Positions 12,951 to 26,627 of a stretch of DNA of 64,000 nt are shown piece by piece (the first letter of the stretch is position 1; every line of letters starts with the position of its first letter). The notes under the pieces were generated by a model. The model did no database searches, was not told the DNA's origin, and was given only the letters and a program-made list of their open reading frames with translations. Source of the DNA: Camelus ferus (taxonomy: Eukaryota); contig NC_045696.1 of the NCBI RefSeq assembly GCF_009834535.1, positions 112,470,001-112,534,000 on the forward strand, written 5' to 3'. The translations under genes were made by a program, and so were the position numbers.

Positions 12951-14310
12951 AGACAGGAGAGGAGGCACTAGCTCCCACCTGAACCTTGGAGCTCTGAGTA
13001 AGAGAGAACTGACCAGCATCTGGTCCCTCTTTTTTCCAGTCCTTACTTCTCCAATAGCACTGCTCAGCAAGGCTACCTTCAGGCTCTGGGTTGTATTGTG
13101 CTTGATTCTCGTACAAGAACTAGATGAGAGTTTACTAACCCAGTGGCTGACTCTGATTATTGTCAATGAGATGCGGGCAAAAGGGGTTAAGGGCCCAACT
13201 CAGAGGTCAGGGCCCATGAAACAGCCCCAAGCTTAAAGGTCTTCTTGGCAGGGCAAGGACAGAAACATGGAGAGCGAATCACAAAGTCAGAAGGTGAGAT
13301 GGTCAGGAATAATGAGGAAGATACAACACACTGGGACAATGGCTCAGTATAAATTCAGTCACACCAGTGATGGCAGCAGACATAGGCTAGGTATGTGCCA
13401 GCTAAGTAAAAGGAACTGCATAGGACCACTGGCTGTTTCATCTGTGCCATCTCAGGTTGTGGTTCCCTGGTTGATCTAAGGATCTGAGGTAGTTCTGAGA
13501 TTCGTAAGCAGAATTAAATGCTAGTCTTCACATCCAAGTTTTTCTTAAACTCTGACCTGACTCCAGATCTAACATAACTATTTGGTCATTTCCTCAAAGG
13601 AACACTGTTTGCAACACGCTACTATATTGACTCAAGTGGACGAGGACTTGAGCAGAACTAACAGGGTTGGCAGTAGAAGGGTCTGAGCAGATGAAATGGT
13701 TTGCTGAGATCCCCTACACACCCACCTGTCCTTCCTCCATACACACCAATTATGGGTGTTCAGTCCACTTAGGTCTCGACCTGAGGAAGACATCAAGGAA
13801 ATTCTTAAAACAATGAATGATAGCAATTTTTAAAAATGATTTAGGAATCCTAACTAACATACCAGACACTATACCAGGTACCTCTCATTTGATCTATGGA
13901 ATTGACTTTTTCATTATTACCATTCTTCAGGAGGGCCCAAAATATTATTAATGTACATGTTTGTTCATTTCCAAAATGGAATAAGCAAATTATACCATTT
14001 TATGAGCACAGACTCTGTACATCATGTTATTTGTATAAATTCCTTTTCCCCTAGAAATAAAAGATAAAGCATCTCATTTTTCCTACAGCCTAAGGGAAAA
14101 GAAATCTAAATCACCTCAAACAACATTTAGAAGCTCATTCATTAGAAAGTCAAAATATGCCAACCTGCGGAAGCAGTGATACAGGACATGTTCTTCTTAA
14201 GGCCTTTCATGTGAAATAAGACAGTTAAAATTGAAATCAGTATATCATTCAAGTTTCTAACAAGTGGATGAGAACAGGTAATAGTCCTATGCAATGCTGA
14301 GCCCTACATA

Positions 14311-14486
14311 CTGGGAATTTCTGAAGTTGGCTGATTATCTGATTTCATGTGGAGCTTGTTAAAAATACTTGTTCTGCTGCCCTTCTCAAGACCTTCTGAA
14401 TCAAAACATCTGAATGTGGGACCAAGGAATAGTTCTTCAAACATTTCCCAGGTGACTCAGCTTGTCAGCTCGGTTTGTGAACCAGT
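14311..14486. mobile_element. MER5-type hAT-Charlie MITE
   Basis: ggagcttgttaaaaatac...ttctgaatcaaaacatctg...ttcccaggtgactc. Confidence 0.7.
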
Positions 14487-15239
14487 TTCTTATCAATAAA
14501 AAACAAACTTCTTTAAAAATCAAAACAGATTTCCTGCACATTAATAATACTTTAGGATGTTAATATCAGCTTGGAATATTTAACATATGCATCAAGACAC
14601 TTTTGAAGTACCTTTGATTTCCTGTTCAGTGTTCAACTGGGCCAATATAATCCAGAGTCATGGAGACATGCAGACATTTACTCTGCCCAAGCTGGAAACT
14701 AGGTAAAGCTTGCTTTCTCCACTGACATTAAATTTGTATGTATATGGGAATTACTTGTCACTATTTCTCAGTGTGGGGTTTCCAATGCAGCTCAGGTGAT
14801 GTCAGCCCTCCCTTCCCTATTAGCATTAAGGGTTCCTGTGTCCTTTGCTCGGAATGAATGGCCTTCTCTCTCCCCAGAATGGTGCTTCTTTCCTCTAGGT
14901 ACTTGGTCAAGATTCAGCTCTCTGATCAGCGCCATGCCTTAGTGATTATGTTCTTAATTTGAATTCATACTGTTGCTTATAGTTTGCCTTAGATAGACTT
15001 GACTCTGAGCTATGGGGCTGGTCTTCCATAGATTTTCAAAGTCCACAAAGGACACATCAGTTTCTTTGACATTCTTTTTAGGCTTGAGATACTGCCAGAA
15101 GAGGCATAAGATAAGAGCTTGCAGAGTAAGAAGGATGGATGGATGGAAGAATGACTTGGATCTGAAAGCACAACTGGATTTTTTAGTAAGCTGCCACGAT
15201 TTCATTGGTCAGTCCAGGGCCCAGCAAAGAAAGTCATGC

Positions 15240-15335
15240 ACTTGATCTCTCTGAGCCTCAGTTTCCTCATCTATAAAATGGAGAAAGAAGAGGAAGGACA
15301 AGATAATTCCTAAGGTCCCTTCTAGTCTAATATTT
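15240..15335 (+). mobile_element. MIR SINE fragment
   Basis: MIR core ctctctgagcctcagtttcctcatctataaaatgg and taaggtcccttctagtct. Confidence 0.85.
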
Positions 15336-15479
15336 TTTTAAAATGTATCTAAAACAAGAAGGAGAAATCCCCCAAAGTTTCACTTCACTGTTAAAAATTT
15401 GTTTTAAATTCACATTAATTTAAAAAAAGTCAGTTGTATATACACCCAGCCCCCTCCCTCACCTCTGTCAGCTTTTGTT

Positions 15480-15745
15480 CAAACATTCCTTCTCAGCCAG
15501 ACCACTCCATTTGAAACTGCAACCTCCTGCCAACTTCCCTGTTACCTTTTTTATTTTTCTCCTCAGCACTGTATCCCCATCTGATAGCACATAATTCACT
15601 TGTTTGTTGTGTTTATTGCTTCTTTCTCTTCACTAGAATGTAAGTTCCATGAAGGCAGGAATTTCTGTCTGACTTACTTATCTCTCTATCCTTAGCACCT
15701 AGCCAGGCATTTTCCAGGCATTCAATAGATACTTGCTGAATGAAA
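15480..15745 (+). mobile_element. L2a 3' end
   Basis: cactagaatgtaagttccatgaaggcagg...ttcaatagatacttgctgaatgaa. Confidence 0.9.
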
Positions 15746-18141
15746 GACTCAACAAAAAATAACAGAATAGACATAGATTGACCTGATTCAACTCAAGAGA
15801 CATAAAGAGTCCTAATTTCAAACAGGTGTGATGCGCACTGGGCTTTGAGGGGGGCATGGAAACAACACAAAGCCTTGCTCTTCATGGTCAGAGGTTGAGA
15901 AAGAGAGAAGACTGGAGAGAGAGATGGTTAGAAAGATGATAAGATGAGGCAGAACTGCAAAAATATCAAGGGGAACCACTCACAGTATTTTGTGTGAGTT
16001 TAAAGAAGGAGTGATTTAATCCTGACCAGAGAGGGATCAGGGAAGTTCGTGAAGGCCCTAGAAGAACAGTGACTCTGGGAAAATCACAAAACCTCCTTAG
16101 CATCAGTTTGCTCTTCTGGAAGAACAAAAAACATCATAAACTTATTCATAGGGATGAAAGGGTTAAATGAAAATGCCCACCTCAGATGGAAGGTTCTCCA
16201 ATGTTGGTTAAACCTGAATCCCTGCAATAATCTGTTGTTCTGAAAACAAAGGTGCCAAACATAGTGGTGAACAAAGATTTAAAATGGTGGGAATATTATG
16301 TTATATAACTAAAAGTCTGCATGCAAAGTAAAAAAATCATACTTTCCAAGGCTTGACATACTCACATATCAGGTTTATTGTGTATTATAATTATACAATA
16401 GGGTTTTTTTTTTTTAAATCTTGTGCAAGCACAGGTATAAAACTGACTGTCACAGCAATTCTTTAAAATCAGATTTAATGAATTGAAAAAAATTCATTAT
16501 TATTTGTGTTAGTTTAAACAGGGCAGAGAAAGGAAAGTTTAAGTTTGGGGAGGGCAAACTTAATGGAATCCCTGTCGGAGAGGCTGTTATTTAAGATCAG
16601 GAACCTGATAGAGTGAGAATATAAAACGCATTTGATGTGATTGTTAAGGTTTTCTTTAGTTCCTCTGTCCTTTGGCCCTCGGTATTGGAACCCTACCTTA
16701 CAAGAGAAAGAAAGGGTAAGTAACCTAGGAAAACCTTTACCTGAGCAAAGGTTATAAAGAACAATCTGCCAAGGGGTCATGACCCGGCACTTTGGACTGG
16801 CAGACGGTAAGAGGGGCTACTTGAATCAGACAGCCTGGCTCTTTTAAAATAAGAAACAGCTTTGACGTCAGTGCTGTCCCTGAGCTGAACTGCTTAAAGG
16901 TTCAGATTGGGTTCAGATAAATTATCCCTTCCTTCCTCCCTGTCTCCCTTCCCCTGCTTCCCCTAACCCTGACACCACAGTCACTCCACTTTGACCTTTC
17001 CAGACAGAACAGCATGTTTACCAACCCCATTCTGAGCCTTCGGGAACAAGGCTTATCCCAACTCATGATCCCAGAAGCTGGCAAGCGAGACCTGGTGAAG
17101 GAAGGGTCAGCTCTGGTGGGGTTGAGGCTGGGACCTCTTGGAGACTCAGGCTCGGGGTGCCCTCGCAGTTGTAGTGGTTGCCAGCAATGAACCAATGAAA
17201 AATGTGAGTGAAGATGTCCCTCCCACCAGTCAGGAGACTCCTATTCGTAAGGGGATGACTGGAAACTAGAGGTCTGGAAATAACTCTCTCGTTAGAGCTT
17301 CAAACTAGAGCCACCATGTTGGACTTTTTATGCTGATAATTACCCATTTTTATTTGTGAGGAGGATTGCAGGGTAAAAGGAAAGAGACTTAAGGTCATGA
17401 TTGTTTTAAGTAGGACTGTGGATGTTGTAAATTACTGGAATATTTTAATATAAAAAAATGAAATATATGATTACTTTTAAAAAGTGTTCCATGAACTCAG
17501 TTGCAAAATTATAGACCCAAGTAAATAAGTATCTTCTGTCAATCTTTCTATGCCTCACCCCAATATCCATGGTCTTTCTCTTCTTAGAGTCATAGAATTT
17601 TAGAGCTATTATTTTGTAGTTAAGCAAATATACCCAGAGTTAAATGATTTTCTCAAGGACACCAACTGATCATGGCAAAGCCTACTTTTGGTCTCCTGAT
17701 CTCCATTAGGGACTTCTTAACACTCACATTGCTTCTTTGGGCAAGATTTCATTTCATTTAACTCTGAAACAAATTCAGGATTACTAGAAATATCAAATCT
17801 TCAGAAATTAAAAACCAGTGAAGAGGCTACTACTTGTTACAATTAGGATTCAATTGTAACATGATCTTTTACTAGTAAAAGCTCAATATAATGAAAACCT
17901 AAAACTGAGACATAAAAATAAATTTGAAAAACATATAAAGGAGAAATGTCATTGTTCACATGACCAAACTATTTACCATTGGGAGTGTCTGTATCAGATG
18001 CCTTGAGGGTCAGGCTGTCAATAAACGTGTGAATCAGACAGGGTTAAAGAGAGAGAGAGAGAGATGGTTTTGGAAATGGTAGACTTCAGGAAAATCAAAT
18101 TTTTTTGCTGACAAGGTCTCACAAAGCTGGATAAAACATTT

Positions 18142-18297
18142 ATGATGATGGTGGTGATGATGGTGGTGATGTTGATGGTGATGATGGTTATGTTAATTGT
18201 TGTGATGGTAATGATGATGGTGATGTTGATGGTGATGATGGTCATGTTGATGGTGGTGATGGGGATGATGATGGTAATGGTGATGATGATGGTGACC
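18142..18297. repeat. Imperfect (GAT/GGT)n trinucleotide microsatellite
   Basis: About 52 triplets tgatgatggtggtgatg... Confidence 0.97.
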
Positions 18298-19979
18298 ATC
18301 TTTTGTTTCAAGGCATTAGAGAAGTACCAAGGTAGCCAGGACTTGAAGGACCAAGAAGGAACCACCCTGAGGGAAGCCTAATATTCTACATCAACTTCCC
18401 CCTCAAAACATTCAAAGACTCTTAAGCAGTACTCTTGAGGAACTAAAATGATGAGAAGAAGGCAGCTACTCCTGAGAGACCAAGCTCCTGTAGCAAGGCA
18501 GGTGAAAGGAACCTATGGTGATACAACTCAGAGTAGCAGTGATTTGTGGGGAAGAGGAACTGGGAGGATCAGAGAGTCTCAAGATGGCCGTCTACCCCAA
18601 AATAACAAAGTTATAGGGGATGATAGGGTCCACTGGAAACTCTAAGATGTGCACAGCCCATCCAAAAGTATTTAAATTCACACTTCTTAAAAACTCCGTG
18701 GTATCAAAGTAAAACTTGTATGAGCTGTATTTCAGCCTGTAGATCGAGGTCTATGTGTAGATTACCTCTTACAAGAGCTACAAATATAAATTTCTAGTAT
18801 GAGGTTTCAAGATTCAACTAAAATGAGAAAACAGAGCATTTTATATGTCAAAAGCTATGCTAGGGCCTTATACATACTACCCTATTTTAACAAACCCATG
18901 AAAGCCTTGTGAGTTCGGCATAGAATGGCCAGTGTGGTACAACTTTCCAGGTGCTATAATGTGCCCAAGGTGATCCCTGAATCTATGGCAAGGTGTGGAA
19001 TCAAACTGTTATCATCTAACCCCAATTCCAGACCACTCTACCACAAAGATACAGCACAGATTACAAAGCATCAAAGAACCTAAAATGTTAGAATCAGACA
19101 TGAAGATTAAAGCATCTTTGAGCCCTAAACCACAGAGCAAAGGTGACTTTTGGGAGTCATATTTTTTGCACAGGGGAAACATGAGGTTTACTAAACCAGC
19201 ACTTATTGGTACTTCATAGAGTTTTCTTTCTTTCTCCTATTTTTGTGTTCTAACAAATGCATGCACTGCTTTCAGAAAAATGCAGTGTGATTTTGGTCAT
19301 CAGCACTGAGTCCCACATTTAGAGCAGCATTCTTTATTAATTGGGAGCCCTTCAGTGGCTTCCACTAGTTGGGTAAGATCAAAGGGCAAATGGTGCAATT
19401 TCCTTTGCCTTCCTATTTATGGTAATAGAAGATTCAGGCCCATGCCCTTTTGCTTTATTGCAGGTTTCTTAAGCATCATTGCATTTGTGTTACACCTTTT
19501 GAGCTTGGTAGATGCTAAAAGTTAAAATATAAATCAAACTCCAGGCTGAAAATCATATTCCTTTCAGGATTCTTTGCACTATTCATGCTCCTTCTTATTT
19601 AGATGATGTAGAAAATCAAAATCCATAAATGCTATGGATTATTACTAGATATCACATTAGAGGACATTAAATGACTGACCTTTCCCTTCCACGTAAGGAG
19701 TTCTAGGACATAAAATCATTTGGTTTTATTGAAAAAAGAAGTTCTTACTATTTAGTGAATTTATAAATCTAACTACTTCAAACCACAAAATTCAAAACAG
19801 AACTCCAAGGCGTGATGCCTGCTTCGGGAGTAAGAGGGTCTCAACTAAAGGGACATAGAGAAGAAGAAAAATCCATGTTCAAAACCATCATTTTTTCCCC
19901 CTTATTGCCTGAGGTTAGGCCTTTAGACCTTGATTAAACCAGAAATAGAAACACTGAATCCTTCTTGATGATTACTTGT

Positions 19980-21855
19980 CCTACATTGACAGGCCATCAC
20001 CCAGAATCTATATAGTTTGCATTAAGGTTCGCTCTGGTTGTTGTGCATTCCGTGGGTTTGGACAAATAATGACCTGTCTTCATCACTATAGTAGCACACA
20101 GAGTATTTTCACTGCCCTAAAAATCCTCAGTGTCCCCCACTTTCATTCCTGCTCCACACTCTCACGCTCTGCCCCGCCAGCAACTACTGATGTTTTTTAC
20201 TGTCTCCATAGTTTAGCCTTTTCCAAAATGTCATATAGTATGTATGCATGTTATGCTTTCAGATTGGCTTCTTTCACTCAATAATAAGCATTTAAGGTTC
20301 CTTCATGACTTCCCAAGCTTGAGAACTCCTTCTCTTAAGTGCTGAATCATATTCCATTGCCTGGATGTGCCATGGTTTATTTATCCATTCACCCACTGAA
20401 AGACTTCTTGGCTGCTTCCAAGTTTTCGGCAATTTCAAATAAATCTGCTAGAAACGTCTGTGTATAGATTTTTAAAAGGATGTAAGTTTTCAACTCCTTT
20501 GGGTAGATGACCAGGAGCACCTCTGGATTATATTATACAAGCATATTTAGTTTTATAAGCAACTGCCAAACTGTCTTTCAAGGTAGCTGTACCATCCCAC
20601 CAGCAGTGAATGAGAGTTCCTGCAGCTTTACATCCTTGTCAGCACGTGGTATTGTCAGTGGTCTGGGTTTTGGCCATTCCAGTAGCTGTGTAGTGCTGTC
20701 TCATTGTTTCAATTTGCATTTGTCTGCAGATAGAGGATGTGTAGTATCTTTTCATATGTTCATTTGCCATCTGTATATATTTCGTGGTGGGGAGTCTGTT
20801 AAGGGTTTTGGCCCATTTTTTAATTGCTTTTGCTGTTGTTGTTTTATTATTGATGAGTTTTAAGAATTCTTTGTATATTGTGGATAATAGTCCTTAAGCA
20901 GATGTGTCTTTCCCAAATATTTTCTCCCAGTCTATGGCTTTTTTCGTTCTCTTGATATCATCTTTAGCAGAGCAGAAGTTTCATTATTAATGAATCCCAA
21001 TTTGTCATTTAGTTGTTTCATGGATTATGTCTTCAGTTTTGTATCTAAAAAGCCATTGCCATACCTAAAGTCTTCAGGCTCTTCTCCTATGTTATTTTCT
21101 AGGATAACTTTTATAATTTTATGTTTTATGTTTAGGTCTATAATTTATTTTGAGGTATTTTTTGTGAAATATATAAAGTCAATGTCTGGATATTTTTTTT
21201 TTTGGCATGTGGATGTCCAGTTGTTCCAGCACCATTTGTTGAAGGGCTGTCTTTGCTCCATTGTATCATCTTGGCTCCTTTGTCAAAGATCAGTTGACTG
21301 TATTCACGTGGGTCTGTTTCTGAGCTCCCTATTCTGTTCCACTGATCTATGTGTCTGTTTTTTCACCAGTACTACACTGTCTTGACTACTGTTGCTTTAT
21401 AGTAGGTTTTGAAGTTGCATAGTCCTCCAAGTTTGTTCTTCTTTCAGTATCGTATTGGCTATTCTGGGTCTTTTGCCTCTGCGTATAAATTTTAGGATCA
21501 CTGTATTGATATTGACAAAATAACTTACAGGGATCTTGACTGAGATTGCATTGAATCTACAGATAAATTTGGGAAGAATTGACATCTTGACAATATTGAG
21601 AGAACATGAAATATATCAAAGAACATGAAATCTCTCTCCATTTGTTTAGTTTTCTTTGATTTTACTTAGAGTTTTGTAGCTCACCTCATACTGATCTTGC
21701 ACATATTTTGTTAGATTTATGCCCAATTCTTTCTTTCTTTTTTTTGGAGGGGTGATAATATAAATGGTATTGTGTTTTTAATTTCAGTTTCCACTTGTTC
21801 ATTGTTCATTGGTATATAGAAAAGCAATTGACTTTTTTATGTTAACCTTGTATCT
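19980..21855 (-). mobile_element. L1MC-type LINE, ORF2 C-terminal half plus 3' UTR
   Basis: ORF 21397-21585 MSILPKFICRFNAISVKIP is L1 ORF2; 3' UTR text tttcactgccctaaaaatcctc is typical of L1MC1/2. Confidence 0.92.
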
Positions 21856-22708
21856 CTCATCATTTTAAAAACAGAAACAAGGCATAACATTTACCTCTAA
21901 CAATACCATTTCCAAAGTCTTATGCAACACAAACTCTGGGGTTTCCAAACTAAAGACCAGAGACAATGCAGAAAAATAAAAAGACACTTTTTGTTTTTGT
22001 TTTTAAAACACACCACCATTAAAGAAGTTGGAGTTCCACAGCCATTCATGGCAAAATGTATGGTTTTCCTTATTTGAGATCCTAAAGACAAGATTTTATC
22101 TAATTAAACTAACATAAGATGAATTGTTTATGGCAAGTTATTATGGTTTAAACTGCAGTATACCAGGCAGACTTACAAATACTGAGATAAGGTAGGAAGA
22201 GAACAGACAAAATGGCTGTTCCTATAAAGCATGCTTGACTTTAGGGAGTGAAACAAGCTAAAATATTATAATAAGTGCTGTGAATATAAAAGAAGCAGGG
22301 TAAAGGGAAAGAGTATGCTGGAGGAAGATAAAGTGGGGGTGAGGAAAGGCTTTTTTTGATAATATGATGTTGAAGTAGACAGCAAATGAAAATGAGGGGT
22401 GAACAGTTTGGGTGTCTGAAGGAAGACCATTTTTGGTAAAGGAACAGGGAGTGCAGAAGCCCTGGGGTGGGGCTGCCATTTTCCTGTGCTAAAAGCAAGG
22501 AAGCCAGTGTGGCTGCAGTATATGAGAAAGGGGTAAAGAGTGGGAGGTAAAGTCAGGGAGGTGGTAATGAGCCTTCCAGGACCTTGACTTTTATGGTGAA
22601 CAAAATGGGAAGCCATTGAAAAGTGTTTAACAGAGAAATGACACAATCTGATTCATAGATTTCAAAAGGCTGCTCTGACTGCTGGGTAAAGAATAGACCC
22701 TAGGGAGC

Positions 22709-23382
22709 ATAGTGGCCAGCCTCCAAATTGCCCCAGTGTTCCCAGCCTCAAGCACATATGGCCTGTCCCCTGTCTATGGGTTCTGCATCTGTGGATTCAA
22801 CCAATCACAGATCAAATTGGTCAGGGATACGGAAGGCCGATGGTACTAGCCCATTTTATGTAATAGGCTTGAGCATATGCAGATTTTAGAATGGGGAAGG
22901 GGTCCTGGAACCAGTGCCCCCAGTGGATACTCAGGGAGAACTATATTCAGGTCCTCTGTAGTCCCCTACCCCAGTGAAGTAGGCTGACACATGTAGACAA
23001 CAGGCTACTGTGGAAATGATGGTGTGTGACTTCCAAGGCTGGGTCATAAAAGACACTGTGGCTTCCATCTCATTCTCTGTTGAATTGCTTGCTCTGGGGA
23101 AACCATCTACCACGTTGTGAGGATACTTAGCTCTCCAGAGAGCTTTCTCAGCCAGCACTAACCTTTAGAGCCAGCATTAAGTTGCCAGCAATTTAAGTGA
23201 ATCACCTTGGAAGCCAATCTTCCAGCCCCAGGTAAGCCTTATAGTCCTGGTCCACAACTTCACTGTGACCTCATAAGACACCCTGAGGCAGAGCCACCAG
23301 CTTAGCTGCTGCAGAATCCCTGACCCACAGAGATGTAGCTGATAAATGTTTGTTTTAAAGCACAGAAACAGATAATTGATAC
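22709..23382 (+). mobile_element. MaLR LTR (MLT1F-like) containing a MER2-like element
   Basis: gtgtgacttccaaggctgggtcataaaagacactgtggcttcc; ends gataaatgtttgttttaaagc...gataattgataca. Confidence 0.85.
22758..22943 (-). mobile_element. MER2-like Tigger MITE
   Basis: gggttctgcatctgtggattcaaccaa...ggtcctggaaccagtgcccc...ggatactcagggagaacta matches reverse MER2 ends. Confidence 0.8.
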
Positions 23383-24039
23383 AGGCAAGGTAGAGACAGG
23401 GAGGGCAAGGATGGAAGCAGGGAGATAGAAGACTATTTCAGGGATGCAGGAGACCTAGTGTTCTGGACTAACTGCTAGTAGCAGAGGCAGTAAGAAGTAG
23501 TTTGATGCTGAACATATTAGGAAAGCAGGGCCAACAGAATTTCCTTAGATATGGGGTATGAGAAAAAAAGAAAGGAATCATGGATGACCCCAAGATTTTG
23601 ACCTGAATGACTAGCAGAGTGGAATTTCCATTGGCTAAATAGGGAAAGCTGCCCCCCACCCCCAAAAAACAGGCATGGAGAATTAGAATTCAAAATAATC
23701 AAGTAGAGAGAATTGCTCCATCATTGTTTGAAGAGTCATAGTGATAGAATTACATTTTATACAACTCTAAAAAAAATTCCTTGTTGATTTTCACATCTAA
23801 TAAATATCATAAAACTGCAATTAAACTATTTAAACTTTTCAGTTGTCTCAGCCCTCACACACCAAAATTTGGGAAAGGCTAACTATTCGGAGTGAGTGGA
23901 GGAGGCTGGACTGTGTCTCGGGGATCTAAACGTTGAGATGCAGAATGACAATGCTCTGTTTTCACTAAATTCCATTTAATTTTTCTGTTTTGGGGCATAC
24001 AGGAAGAATGTATTTCCAGAGACCTATGCTGTTAGGTTG

Positions 24040-24330
24040 GGTAAGTGACTGCCTTCTGGCCACTTAGATAAAGCTGGGAGGATGAAGTCACATGAAGCCC
24101 TGAAGTTAAAATCGTAACGTGCGAGCTTCATGCTCTCTCTTCCTTTACTGCTGTGATGTGTTGAAATGCTGGCATCATCAGACAGAGGAAGCTTGGATCC
24201 CTGAAGCTCCATGTGGAGGAACTTACATTAGACTTCGTGTGTGAGACAGAACTTTTTGCAGATTCAGCCACTGGGATTTGGGTTTATTTGTCATCACAAC
24301 AAAACATACCTTCTGCTACCAGGCATGACT
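24040..24330 (+). mobile_element. MaLR LTR fragment (MLT1I/J-like)
   Basis: gaagcttggatccctga...agccactgggatttgggtttatttgtcatcacaac. Confidence 0.5.
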
Positions 24331-25994
24331 GCCTGGCTCTGATGAGGCCAGTCTGATTTCTCAGGTTAATTTTGTGGCCAACAGGTAGCCTGAAGCTGCT
24401 GCCATACCATACACGCTACAAACTACACGGTTCCAGGAGTACAGGTCCCATGGATGAAAATGGAACGCAGCTTCCACGAGCCTTTTCCTTGGCTGCTAGC
24501 CACATATCCTTTCATACCTCCCCCCAGACAAGGAGTGGTTCCTTACCCCCTTATCCCATAAACTTTGTTTAGAAAATACCCTTATTCTGGCAAAGATCAT
24601 ATTTTATTGTAACTAATTATAAGTCCCTTAAAGGTAGGATTTTGTCTCCTTTTTCTGCTCCTATGAGTGCCTGATACACAGAGAGTACCAAATCAATGTT
24701 GGACATGTTAGTGAGTATTTGTATTTATCTCCATTAAAACATTTAGCTGTACTCCCTGTCATAATACATGAAATATCTATGAAACTGACAAAAAACGGGT
24801 ACCAGTGCTAATACATACCTGACAACAGCAGTGACAAGAGGGAAGAAGACCATCTCCTCATTACCGGTGTTATTTCTGATTAAACAATAGGCTTTAATTT
24901 GGAGTTTTAGTGCCATAGTAATAACTTGCCCTTGGTCGCGGGTCCACTCTGATGTGCTGAGTCTTCCCTGCCAAGCTGGCCTGACTATGTCTCATGTCTG
25001 TTCTGCTTTTCTTTCCTAGAAACACCCTGTAACTATTCCTAATGAACTTCATCTCAGTGGCGTGTTTTTATTTTTCTTGTATCATAGCCCTGCATCCTTA
25101 GGAGAATAATTCAAGCAGGGTTATAGGACAAAGAGGAACAAAGCTAAGCAAAGGCTGTGAGGTGTGAGAAGGAGGATGACTTACAGACAGAAAAGTCAGA
25201 AATGACTGAACGTCCAAAAATCGAATCATTACATCAATTCAAATACTGCAAAGCCAGTAAGTTTATATAAAAGGATCTTTTACTGGTCTAACGTGATCAT
25301 AGTTTATTAATAGGGAATATTTATATAACATTAACCAGTTACCAGATACTTTCCTATGCACCTCACATACATAAATTCAGATTTATATAAATACATTTTA
25401 TATTATTTATATATATATATAAGCTCAATCGATCTTCCCAACAGCTGTGAGACAGATATGCTCATTATCCCCATGTAATAGATTAAACCAAAGCATTAAG
25501 AGGTTAAGTTACTTGTCCAATGGTAGGTTGATAAATTGTAGAGCCAGTGTGCAAACCAAAAATGCAGAATACACACTCTCACTCTGTTTATCTATATATT
25601 ACACACAGTACAATTTTGTGTCTAATGTGTGTATATTAAACATGCATTCATAATTTTTGTGTGCACACAGGTACATATTTATATTTACCTACCTTTGTAA
25701 ACATATATGTAGCATAGAAAAAGCTGACAGGAAATATGCCAACATATTAAGTGACTTTCAGCATTTTTATATTTTAAAAAAGATTCTGTTTTCTATGGTA
25801 AGCTTTATAGTCTAAAAAATACAGTTAATTTTTAACCTAAAAATAAAAAGGTGGATGCACTAGACCCTAGACCTAGTGACTGACATTCCACACAGCATCC
25901 TGGCCTGAGCAGCGCCCGTTGTGGTTGCGTGACCGTCTTTAGTTGATTCCTTCCTTCCTTAATGAAAACCTCCTTTGTGTCAGGTATTACTGTA

Positions 25995-26100
25995 AGCATA
26001 GGGCGGGGGGCAGGGCGGGGGACAGTATGTAAACATTTCATGAGGACAAGGTCCTGTTTCACAGTGAGATGCAAATTACCCCACCCTGCCACAATTACTG
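25995..26100. promoter_or_regulatory. Motif cluster: 2 GC boxes, forkhead site, octamer, CACCC box
   Basis: GGGCGG 26001-26006 and 26013-26018, TGTAAACA 26028-26035, ATGCAAAT 26069-26076, CCCCACCC 26079-26086; function is inferred only. Confidence 0.4.
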
Positions 26101-26498
26101 CCCAGAGAGGGCGTCCAGTAACTGCTGAGTGAAGGCCGTGAGCCTGAGGTTAAATCAAAATTCCCTCCCTAAACACACTGTCCCGTGAATCTCCATATGG
26201 ATGGTAATCACAGGATGCAGTGAACACATTTCCACGATCAAAAGAGCTACATACAGCTAAGAAGAGAATTTGAGATAGAAAAGAAAAAAAAAAAAAAACT
26301 GTTCAAATTAGTTACATTTACCACCAGGTGAGATGGAGCAGTATTTATCCATGTCTCTCAGGTCACACATTCTGAACTGACTTCTTTTCCCATCACTGAA
26401 ACGAATGAGTTGGGATCTACATAATTCAGGACTGAGCCTAATAGCTGATCTTTCTGCTTAATTATGAAGACGTCAGGCCAGCTTTCAATCACTTTTAT

Positions 26499-26627
26499 TG
26501 GTGGGTTTTTTTGGTGGGTGGAGGAAGGTAATTAGTTTATTTATTTATTTAATGGAGGTACTGGGGGTTGAACCCAGGACCTCGTGCATGCTATGCACCT
26601 GCTCTACCACTGAGCTGGACCCTCCCC
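26499..26627 (-). mobile_element. tRNA-Ala-derived camelid SINE (vic-1-like)
   Basis: Reverse complement ggggagggtccagctcagtggtagagc...gaggtcctgggttcaacccccagtacctccattaaataaataaa. Confidence 0.93.

Larger units (their letters stand above)
22140..23700 (-). mobile_element. L2 LINE split by an MLT1F LTR (22709-23382)
   Basis: gggaagccattgaaaagtgtttaacagagaaatgacacaatctga before, and ggatggaagcagggaga...ggatgaccccaagattttgacctgaatgact after the insertion. Confidence 0.85.

Noticed and set aside
12164..13479. Cluster of overlapping 70-178 aa ORFs
   Set aside because: They overlap MaLR LTRs, appear on both strands and show no recognisable protein features
17835..17861. Perfect 10-bp hairpin TGTTACAATT-7-AATTGTAACA (similar ones at 39409-39436, 44746-44780, 56013-56055)
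   Set aside because: Too short for a pre-miRNA, and a few such stems are expected by chance in 64 kb of AT-rich DNA
18018..18381. Poly-Met/Val and poly-Ile/Thr ORFs and a poly-His frame
   Set aside because: Products of the (GAT/GGT)n microsatellite; the His frame hits a stop and has no exon context
25920..26300. snRNA-type promoter (octamer, GC boxes, PSE-like gtgaccgt)
   Set aside because: The PSE-like word is on the wrong side of the octamer and no snRNA body is recognisable
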